A stretch of 64,000 nt of DNA from Candidatus Moraniibacteriota bacterium (GTDB lineage: Bacteria; Patescibacteriota; Minisyncoccia; Moranbacterales; UBA1568), in assembly GCA_030648835.1 (NCBI GenBank), contig JAUSGT010000002.1:501458-565457 (forward strand), given 5' to 3'. The notes beneath the pieces were generated by a model, which was given only the letters and a program-made list of their open reading frames with translations, ran no database searches and was not told the origin of the DNA. The translations under genes were made by a program, and so were the position numbers. Of the stretch, positions 57,314-64,000 are shown piece by piece. Each line of letters begins with the position of its first letter. Position 1 is the first letter of the stretch.

Positions 57314-58260
57314 TTCTTGTATTTCTCTTTTTTTACGAGATACATCAGATCTTCGGTCAGCTTGCGACTCGATTTGATCATATCGGCGATGAGCGAAAAA
57401 ACAAAAAACTGCAAGCCGATGAGAAGTGTAACGGCGGCAAAGAGCAAGTAGTTGCGGTAGGGAGAAATCTTGAAGTCCTGAAAGTAGAAAAAGAGGAAAC
57501 CGATGAATATTCCGAGCGAGACGAGGATGAGGAACAGCCCCGGAACACCGAAAAATTTCATGGGCCGCACGTCGCGTACCGCTTTCAGGATGATACGGGA
57601 ACTGTTGTTGACGTAGTTGAAAACACTTTTGACAACGCGTGACTTACGCCCTTCAAAATAGGTCACTTCCACCGGAACCCACTTGATTTTCAGATCTTTT
57701 CCGATAGCATCAATGATCGTTTCTTGGGTATAGGTAAAGCCTCCCGGGAGATTCAAGCGTAGGAGTGTTTCACGATTGTATCCGCGGAATCCGCAGGTGA
57801 GGTCTTTGATCGAAGTATCCATGAATCCGCTGATGATTTTGGCGGCTATGCGGTTGAGAATATTTTTGAGGAAAGGGATGTTTTTGGCTTTCAAGCGATC
57901 GAAGCGATCGGCGCTTACCATATCGGCTTCCTTCGCGAGGAGAGGCGCGATAATTTTCCGGATATCGGCAGGATCAAATTGCCCATCCGCATCGATATTG
58001 ACCATGATATCGGCGCCGTTTTCCAGCGCTTGCTCCACAGCGTGGCGGAATGTTCTGCCAATGCCGCGATTGATGCTGTTCTGATACACGAAGTCCGCGC
58101 CCGTTTCTTTGGCGACAGCGACAGTCCGATCTGTCGATCCATCGTCGATGACTTGCACCAGTATTTCATCAACACCATCCAAAACACGAGGGATTCTTTT
58201 TAGGGTATTTCCTATTTTTGCTTCCTCATTGAAAGCCGGCAGATTGACTACAAGACGCAT
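57310..58260 (-). CDS. GT2 polyprenyl-phosphate glycosyltransferase (GtrB/DPM1-like) with C-terminal TM helices
   Basis: 'VNLPAFNEE', 'VQVIDDGSTDRT', 'NIDADGQFDP', two C-terminal TM helices. Confidence 0.8.
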   Translation of the reverse strand: MRLVVNLPAFNEEAKIGNTLKRIPRVLDGVDEILVQVIDDGSTDRTVAVAKETGADFVYQNSINRGIGRTFRHAVEQALENGADIMVNIDADGQFDPADIRKIIAPLLAKEADMVSADRFDRLKAKNIPFLKNILNRIAAKIISGFMDTSIKDLTCGFRGYNRETLLRLNLPGGFTYTQETIIDAIGKDLKIKWVPVEVTYFEGRKSRVVKSVFNYVNNSSRIILKAVRDVRPMKFFGVPGLFLILVSLGIFIGFLFFYFQDFKISPYRNYLLFAAVTLLIGLQFFVFSLIADMIKSSRKLTEDLMYLVKKEKYKK

Positions 58261-58267
58261 AGATTTA

Positions 58268-58504
58268 TTATTTTTTCCGGATTAAAATACTCGGATCGAC
58301 GCATTGAAAATCGCATTTCTCTCTGGCGCCTTGGATACCGCCCTGGATCAGATCGCCCCGACACTGCAGAAGCTTTTCTTGGCAGACGGCTTTGCGTTCA
58401 TTCCAGTAATTGGTATTCACTTCATAGCCAAAATAGGGGAGGACAAAATAGGCGATAACCAGAACGCCAGCCAGCCAGATAATGAGTTTGATAATTGAAA
58501 ACAT
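58268..58504 (-). CDS. Small N-terminally anchored Cys-containing protein, hypothetical
   Basis: One TM helix, then a Cys-rich tail (CQEKLLQCRGD...CDFQC). Confidence 0.3.
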   Translation of the reverse strand: MFSIIKLIIWLAGVLVIAYFVLPYFGYEVNTNYWNERKAVCQEKLLQCRGDLIQGGIQGAREKCDFQCVDPSILIRKK

Positions 58505-58522
58505 AGTGTTATTGAGGAGTAT

Positions 58523-58590
58523 GTAGCAAGTAGTATGTAGTAAGGGAGCTCACGGGGCAAAGAGTTTGTCTTTTATACCTTGCTACTTAC
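58523..58590. repeat. Inverted repeat between two minus-strand genes
   Basis: AGCAAGTAGTATGTAGTAAG ... CTTGCTACTTACTGC. No T-run, so not a classical terminator. Confidence 0.3.
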
Positions 58591-58613
58591 TGCTTATCAC
58601 TTGATTCTTCATT

Positions 58614-59900
58614 TTACCGGCCGATACCTTTATAAGTAATCCCGGCTTTTTTGAGAGCGTCTTTATTGAGGCAGTTTTTCCCATCAACGATGACCTTGAT
58701 ACCATGTTTTTTCAACAGGGCTGGAGTAAGGGATTCCGTAAATTCTTTGTGGCTGGTAGCAAGGATCAAGGCTTGGGATTTTTTCAGAATCGCCTCGAGG
58801 GATTTCATACTGGACTGACTTTTGACATACGGATCAAAGGTCTCCACTTTGCAGTAGTGTTTCTTCAAAAGCTCAATGATTTCAAACGCCGGCGATTCAC
58901 GCAAGTCGTCTATATTGGCTTTGTAGGCCAGTCCCAAAACTCCCACCACCGTATCTTTCATCGGCATCCGATTCTCATTGAGCGCGTCCTGCAAGCGCTC
59001 TACCGTGTAGGTCGGCATATCGTTATTTGTCTTGATAGCCAGTTTGAGGAATTCATGGTTGAAGCCGGATTCCTTGGCCCGTTCCACGAGGTAATGCGGA
59101 TCGACAGGGATGCAATGCCCCCCCACACCGCAAGAAGGGTAATGCGCCATAAAGGCGAATGGCTTCGTCGCCGCTCCTTGAATGACATCTTTGACATCAA
59201 TATCCATCTTATCGAATGAGCGAGCGATTTCATTGACGAAAGCGATGTTGATATTGCGGAAAGAGTTTTCAAGAATCTTGACCGCCTCGGCCTCACGGAT
59301 GGTTTTCATCGGACGGATATCGGCATCCACAATACTTCGGTAAAACTGGAGTGACATTTCCAAACCCTTTTTATCGAAAGCGCCGACGACACGGGGGATG
59401 TTGGTGACATTCCACTTCGGATCTCCGGGATTGATGCGTTCCGGGCAGTGAGAGATAAAAATATCTTTGCCAACCGTAAAACCGGCTTTTTCAAAAATCG
59501 GCTTTACCACTTCTTCGGAAACATACGGATTGACCGTTGATTCGAGGACTACCAAAACATTCTTTTTACAATGAGCGGCTACCGTCTCCGACGCGCTGAT
59601 AACCGGAGCGAGATCCGGATGATGTTTGCTGTCTACCGGCGTCGGCACGCAAATGATATGGATGTCAGCCCCGGTGATATCTTTGGGATTGTCGGTTACC
59701 TTGAACGGATATTTCAAGAGATTTTTTTGCAGAAAAGTGTCTTTGAAAACATGCTGTCCTTTTTTCAGCAGACCGACTTTCCTTTTGTCGGTATCGAAAC
59801 CAATGACAGAATACCCCTTTTCTTTAGCTCGCATCGCGAGTGGCAGTCCGACATATCCGAGTCCGATAACCGCTACCGTTTTAAAGTCATATTTTGCCAT
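58614..59900 (-). CDS. UDP-N-acetyl-D-glucosamine/mannosamine 6-dehydrogenase family (nucleotide-sugar dehydrogenase)
   Basis: 'VAVIGLGYVGLPLAMRAKEKGYSVIGFDTD', 'CPERINPG', 'GVGGHCIPVDP', 'GLAYKANIDDLRESPA'. Confidence 0.8.
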   Translation of the reverse strand: MAKYDFKTVAVIGLGYVGLPLAMRAKEKGYSVIGFDTDKRKVGLLKKGQHVFKDTFLQKNLLKYPFKVTDNPKDITGADIHIICVPTPVDSKHHPDLAPVISASETVAAHCKKNVLVVLESTVNPYVSEEVVKPIFEKAGFTVGKDIFISHCPERINPGDPKWNVTNIPRVVGAFDKKGLEMSLQFYRSIVDADIRPMKTIREAEAVKILENSFRNINIAFVNEIARSFDKMDIDVKDVIQGAATKPFAFMAHYPSCGVGGHCIPVDPHYLVERAKESGFNHEFLKLAIKTNNDMPTYTVERLQDALNENRMPMKDTVVGVLGLAYKANIDDLRESPAFEIIELLKKHYCKVETFDPYVKSQSSMKSLEAILKKSQALILATSHKEFTESLTPALLKKHGIKVIVDGKNCLNKDALKKAGITYKGIGR

Positions 59901-59977
59901 ATTTAAGCCCTGAGAATAAGAATTAACCACTAGCTCCCATTGTAGAGAAAATCACCATTTTTGGCAAACATTTGCTA

Positions 59978-60006
59978 TTGACTTTCTCTCTTTTTTATGC
60001 TATCAT
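59978..60006 (+). promoter_or_regulatory. Near-consensus promoter (TTGACT-17-TATCAT) for the 60063 gene
   Basis: Spacing exactly 17. AAGGAGAG Shine-Dalgarno before GTG 60063. Confidence 0.45.
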
Positions 60007-60062
60007 ATAAGGTCCATAAAATTGGGCACTTGGTGCCTTAACAATTCCTTAAGGAGAGAAGA

Positions 60063-60926
60063 GTGAAGACACTCCACTTACTTATGCCGACGGTCAATCA
60101 GAAACCGGGGATACTTTTCAAGAAGGCGAAAGATATTGAAAACCTCCGTATCTTGCTTGAGCGGCGTGGTATGGAACTTCGGGTTTTGATAGCCGACGAT
60201 GGAAGTCAGGCAGAACATTCGACGCCACTTGTTTTGGCTCGGATGAAAGACCAGCTTGGGGATATGTTCGATTACACAACATATCCCAAAAACGTTGGAA
60301 AAACAGTGACCGTCATTGAAGGATTGCAGCAGCTGATGGCTGACGCTTCAAGCGAAGACCTCATTGGTTGTCTCGACGACAACGAACATTCGTTTTTGTC
60401 GGCTCTCGATCTGCTCGAAAAAATCGAACAGGGTTACTTGGGTGCGATCGGCACTATCAAATATCCGGACGAATTCCTCAGCTACATCGATCGGCACGCG
60501 ATGCCGGCGGTAGGTGCTATCGAATCCGAGATCATGGGACTCAAAGGTAAGCTGTGCATCTATGCCTCCGGGTATTGGATCCAGCATATCGGTATCGTGA
60601 AAGAGTCCCTCGTCCTTTATCCGAAGTACCAGAAATTATTTCGAGAGCTCTTTCCTAACGAGGCCATCGCGATTCCGAAGTGGGGGACACCGACCCTCAT
60701 GCAGGAGCTGATGAACTGGGTTCTTAAAAACCGGCAACCTTGGAGCGAGGTAGATGAAGAACATCGGAGGATGGCAGTCAGCTACCTACCTTGCATCGAA
60801 GTGCCGGCTTTGACTCCACTGGGGCGAGCCACGGAAAAGGCTCTCAATCAGCTTCGAGCACTCGTTTTGAATGGCATTGTGCTTGATGTTCTTCTTGGCG
60901 TAGATCGCAGGAAAGCGATCGACTAG
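60063..60926 (+). CDS. Hypothetical GT-A-like protein, paralog of the 38834..39811 gene
   Basis: GTG start. 'LRVLIADDGSQAEH', 'CLDDNEHSFLSALDLLEKIEQGYLGAIGT'. Confidence 0.4.
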   Translation: MKTLHLLMPTVNQKPGILFKKAKDIENLRILLERRGMELRVLIADDGSQAEHSTPLVLARMKDQLGDMFDYTTYPKNVGKTVTVIEGLQQLMADASSEDLIGCLDDNEHSFLSALDLLEKIEQGYLGAIGTIKYPDEFLSYIDRHAMPAVGAIESEIMGLKGKLCIYASGYWIQHIGIVKESLVLYPKYQKLFRELFPNEAIAIPKWGTPTLMQELMNWVLKNRQPWSEVDEEHRRMAVSYLPCIEVPALTPLGRATEKALNQLRALVLNGIVLDVLLGVDRRKAID

Positions 60927-61053
60927 CTACCCATCAACGGGTAATAGTCACGATGCGGGCAATTAATAGGGAAGGAATGTATGTGAAACTGCATACGTTC
61001 CGACCCTGTTTTTTATTACCCAAGTCTAAAATTACTGGTATAATAGAGGGGCT

Positions 61054-62241
61054 ATGACAATCGGCATCAATGTTTCATTTTTACGCAAGCCTGGAACGGG
61101 GATCGGACAGGTGACGCACAACGTTCTTCGAACGTTAATTTCTAATACCCAATACCCAATACCTAATGAACATGAGTTTTTTGTCTATTGTGAGGAGGAG
61201 CCGATACTCGATTTCAAATTACCGGAAAATTTTCATATACGCACATTTCTTCCTTTTTGGAAACGAGATGATGTACTGCGCAAGTGGCTCTGGGAAAAAC
61301 AATTGGCAAAGGAAGCGGTAAAAGACGGATGTGATGTATTTCTCAATCTCTACCAGTCAGCTACTTCCTTTGAGAAATATAAGCTACAAACTACAAGCTA
61401 CAAGCTACCTCGGCACGTAATGGTGGTACATGATGTTATTCCTGAGCTTTTTCCGGAGTATTTGAGGAAGTTTTCACAACGTATGCATTGGCGAGCGGTC
61501 AGGAAGGCCATTCGGAAAGCAGACGCGATCGTTGCCATATCGGAATCGACCAAACATGATCTGATGCGACTTGGCATACGAGAAGAAAAAATTACGGTAG
61601 CCTATCCAGACGTGGCGCCCCAATTCCGCCAACCTACTTCAGAAGAGAATGTTTCGCAAATACTGAAGAAATATTCTTTGGAGCGGGGATATATTTATCA
61701 TGGCGGGGGATTGGAAGTGCGCAAGAATGCGGAAAGGTTACTCCGAGCATATGCAAGTATGACTAAAAGCCCTTCGACTGCGCTCAGGGCGGAGATACCA
61801 ATACTTGTTATCTCCGGAAAAGTATTCGATAAGTCCAACAAGTTAGCAACGGATGTGGAAGGATTGATAAAAGAATTGTATCTGGAAGAAAAAGTAAAGC
61901 TTCTGGGTTTCGTACCGGATGAAGATTTGCCGGCATTGTATAAAGGAGCGTTGTTCTTTGTTTACCCGTCACTTTATGAGGGTTTCGGCCTTCCGGTACT
62001 CCAAGCGCTTTGTCAGAGTGTACCGGTTTTGACCGCCGGCAATTCATCGCTTCCTGAAGTCGGCGGAGAGGCAGCACTGTACGTCGATTCCAACGATACG
62101 GAAGCTATCGCTACTCAAATGGAGCATCTCTTGATTGATGAGACACTCCGCACGAACCTTGTTTCCCACAGCAACGCGCAAGCGGAAAAGTTCCATTGGG
62201 AGCATTTCGTACAGAAAATTTTAGCCACTCTAAAACAGTAA
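61054..62241 (+). CDS. GT4 glycosyltransferase
   Basis: 'YPSLYEGFGLPVLQALCQSVPVLTAGNSSLPEV'. Confidence 0.8.
   Translation: MTIGINVSFLRKPGTGIGQVTHNVLRTLISNTQYPIPNEHEFFVYCEEEPILDFKLPENFHIRTFLPFWKRDDVLRKWLWEKQLAKEAVKDGCDVFLNLYQSATSFEKYKLQTTSYKLPRHVMVVHDVIPELFPEYLRKFSQRMHWRAVRKAIRKADAIVAISESTKHDLMRLGIREEKITVAYPDVAPQFRQPTSEENVSQILKKYSLERGYIYHGGGLEVRKNAERLLRAYASMTKSPSTALRAEIPILVISGKVFDKSNKLATDVEGLIKELYLEEKVKLLGFVPDEDLPALYKGALFFVYPSLYEGFGLPVLQALCQSVPVLTAGNSSLPEVGGEAALYVDSNDTEAIATQMEHLLIDETLRTNLVSHSNAQAEKFHWEHFVQKILATLKQ
61144..61167 (+). repeat. 7-nt tandem repeat (AATACCC)x2 + AATACCT inside the GT4 coding sequence
   Basis: Direct reading. Unit length is not a multiple of 3. Confidence 0.6.
61383..61410 (+). 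repeat. 7-nt tandem repeat (GCTACAA-ACTACAA-GCTACAA-GCTACCT) inside the GT4 coding sequence
   Basis: Direct reading. Encodes KLQTTSYKL. Confidence 0.6.
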
Positions 62242-62244
62242 CCT

Positions 62245-63825
62245 ATGCCACTTCTTTTTGGATGGAGCACGAACAAACTACTGCTGGTCTGTTTCAACGT
62301 ATTGGCGGGCATTGCCCTCATCGGTATTTCGCATACATCCGTATTGCCGCTTGGCTCGGTCAATTTCTTTTTCTTTTCTTTCGTCGGTTTTCTTTTCGCG
62401 CTCTACCGGCCGGGATGGGTTTTTCTCCTTCTCATCGGTATGCTCCCGTATGAAATCATCAATATCGCACCAGTTAGTTTTGGTATCGCCATAAGACCAT
62501 ATCAGTGGCTTCTCGTCTTGGTCACGTTGGCCCTTCTTGTCCGCCTCATGCTCAAACGTTTTCCACTCGAGAAATTCATTCCGAATTTTTGGGATGTCAC
62601 TTTGGTCATTCTTGGTTTGGGTTCGTTTCTTTCCGCCCTTATAAGCGATCAAAAAGTCGTGGCAATGAAACTCACTATTATTCTCTTCTCATTTCTCCTT
62701 CTTTACTTCATCTGTCGAATTTTTGTACGTTCGACCGACGACGCGCGGATGCTCTTGCCGTTTCTCTTTTCTTCTTTTTTGGTAATTGTCGTCTATGCCA
62801 TATGGCAAAATATTTTTTTTCAGAGCGGTCAAGAGAGCTTTGAAGTGATGGCCGGCCGCCCCAACGCGACTTTCCCAGAAGCCGATTGGCTGGGAGGATA
62901 CGTGGCGGCAATAATCACAGTGTTGGTATCACTTATCGTTTCCCCGGCGCTCGTTTCGAAGTATGCCTCAATCAGGCAGACTCGGCTGATAGCCGGAGCT
63001 TTGCTCTTTCTTGGTTTTATCGCACTCATTATCACGGTCAGCCGGAGCGCGTGGCTTGCGACCCTGGTCGGCATAACGACGGCGCTGGTTCTTTTTGGCT
63101 GGCAACGAGGCATATTTGATGCCCTCTACTGGCGCAATAAGCAGGTTCTCAAGAGAGCCTTGTATGTGAAGCTCTTCATTTCGATTCCGTTTCTACTATC
63201 GCTTTTGGCGGTCTTTGTTTTCGGTTTGAGCCCGTTTGATCTCATGGATCGTAGTAAGAGTGTCGCTTCAGGGGAGCAAAAAATCACCGTCGCCTGTGAA
63301 AAGGAGACACCTCTTCCGGAAAAAATCGGTTCTCTGGAAGAACTTCAGAATTTTGGCTGTCGACACATCCGTTTGGAAAGTATTGAAGAAGAGCGTGTGG
63401 CTGGGCGGTATGTGACGGAAGTGTCACGTGACGATCCCAATGTGAAGATCCGTCAAAATACGTACACGAAAATCAGTCTCCTCCTCAAAGAACACTGGTT
63501 CTTCGGTATTGGGTTCGGCGCGGTTTCGCGGTATCTCGGGGAGGATGAGCGGGGGGTGGGATTGAATGCCAGTAATATCTTTTTGGAAGTATGGCTCGGA
63601 GCTGGGCTCGTCGGGTTTCTCGCTTTTATATTTTTCTGGTTTGGGCTCGGTTTCAAATGGCTTTTTATGGCTTACAGAGGAAATTCACCGCTGGCTCTCG
63701 TTCTCGGATCGGTGTTTGTTTCCATAACTGTCTTCAATCTTTTTAATTCCGGATTGTTTCTCGCTTGGTTTTTCGTTTTTCTGGCTTTTCTCGTCATTCC
63801 TGTTTCGGAAACTTCTCATGAATAA
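62245..63825 (+). CDS. O-antigen ligase-family (Wzy_C) polytopic membrane protein
   Basis: 'ITVSRSAWLATLVGI' ligase motif in the large periplasmic loop region. About 12 TM helices. Confidence 0.65.
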   Translation: MPLLFGWSTNKLLLVCFNVLAGIALIGISHTSVLPLGSVNFFFFSFVGFLFALYRPGWVFLLLIGMLPYEIINIAPVSFGIAIRPYQWLLVLVTLALLVRLMLKRFPLEKFIPNFWDVTLVILGLGSFLSALISDQKVVAMKLTIILFSFLLLYFICRIFVRSTDDARMLLPFLFSSFLVIVVYAIWQNIFFQSGQESFEVMAGRPNATFPEADWLGGYVAAIITVLVSLIVSPALVSKYASIRQTRLIAGALLFLGFIALIITVSRSAWLATLVGITTALVLFGWQRGIFDALYWRNKQVLKRALYVKLFISIPFLLSLLAVFVFGLSPFDLMDRSKSVASGEQKITVACEKETPLPEKIGSLEELQNFGCRHIRLESIEEERVAGRYVTEVSRDDPNVKIRQNTYTKISLLLKEHWFFGIGFGAVSRYLGEDERGVGLNASNIFLEVWLGAGLVGFLAFIFFWFGLGFKWLFMAYRGNSPLALVLGSVFVSITVFNLFNSGLFLAWFFVFLAFLVIPVSETSHE

Positions 63826-64000
63826 TACGCAAAAAACAATCGCTATTGATATCCGCCTCTTGGGTAAAGAACGGACCGGGGATGAGACGGTTTTTTTTCA
63901 TTTGACGAAAGAAGTGCTCAAGCTCGATAGAAAAAATCAATATCGTCTTCTGACCGATGAGACGGTGATGGAAAAGATAGCCTCGCTCTCTCTCCGTCTC
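63818..64000 (+). CDS. Glycosyltransferase (GT4-like) N-terminus, 3' partial
   Basis: 'KTIAIDIRLLGKERTGDETVF' is a typical GT4 N-terminal strand. Overlaps the upstream stop by 8 nt. Runs off the window. Confidence 0.4.
   Translation, partial: MNNTQKTIAIDIRLLGKERTGDETVFFHLTKEVLKLDRKNQYRLLTDETVMEKIASLSLRL

Noticed and set aside
58523-58590. Inverted repeat as Rho-independent terminator of the dehydrogenase gene
   Set aside because: Arms are separated by about 25 nt and there is no U-run after the second arm on the transcribed strand. Kept only as an inverted repeat.
1-64000. Alternative genetic code (UGA as sense, as in some CPR lineages)
   Set aside because: Many well-supported genes terminate at TGA (for example 6745-6747, 15960-15962), and long ORFs need no TGA read-through.
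1-64000. CRISPR arrays, tRNA/rRNA genes, transposases or integrases
   Set aside because: No regularly spaced direct repeats, no cloverleaf-compatible tRNA sequences in intergenic regions, and no DDE or tyrosine-recombinase motifs among the ORFs.

Overview
This 64 kb window is almost entirely a cell-envelope glycan biosynthesis and glycosylation island. It looks like it comes from an uncultivated bacterium; taxon is inference only. Local GC swings from about 35% to about 55%. Standard genetic code: TGA is used as a stop.

Recognisable content:
- UDP-sugar module: ugd (UDP-glucose 6-dehydrogenase), UDP-glucuronate decarboxylase (UXS), and a UDP-N-acetyl-hexosamine dehydrogenase.
- Complete CDP-3,6-dideoxyhexose core: rfbF, rfbG and rfbH (E1 dehydrase with His in place of the PLP lysine). 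It is immediately followed by an acetolactate-synthase-like TPP enzyme and a Rossmann-fold reductase. This arrangement is the hallmark of branched-chain yersiniose-type sugar synthesis (YerE/YerF-like, inference).
- Four SAM methyltransferases, including a TylC3/NovU-type C-methyltransferase, plus a B12-binding radical SAM enzyme with an adjacent ferredoxin.
- Three GtrB/ArnC-like polyprenyl-phosphate glycosyltransferases and a UPF0104 flippase-like protein.
- Two Wzx-type flippases and an O-antigen-ligase-like protein.
- Four GT2 and at least six GT4 glycosyltransferases.
- An unusual expansion of at least nine polytopic GT-C-like membrane proteins (ArnT/PMT-like with DE motifs, one fused to TPR repeats, two 700-900 aa giants).
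- Embedded tmk and rtcB.

Non-coding features seen directly:
- A ~100-nt palindromic element in three copies, each placed exactly at a stop codon.
- A second family of 25-bp inverted-repeat boxes that form ~135-bp cassettes overlapping start codons of GT-C and flippase-like genes.
- Three perfect TTGACA-N17-TATAAT promoters, each driving a GC-rich inserted cassette: a Nudix hydrolase, a degenerate Nudix-like protein, and a GT-A-like protein with a paralog elsewhere in the window.
- A recurring AATACCTAAT 10-mer.
- 7-nt tandem repeats inside a GT4 gene, which could act as a phase-variation switch.

No rRNA, tRNA, CRISPR array or transposase was recognised.
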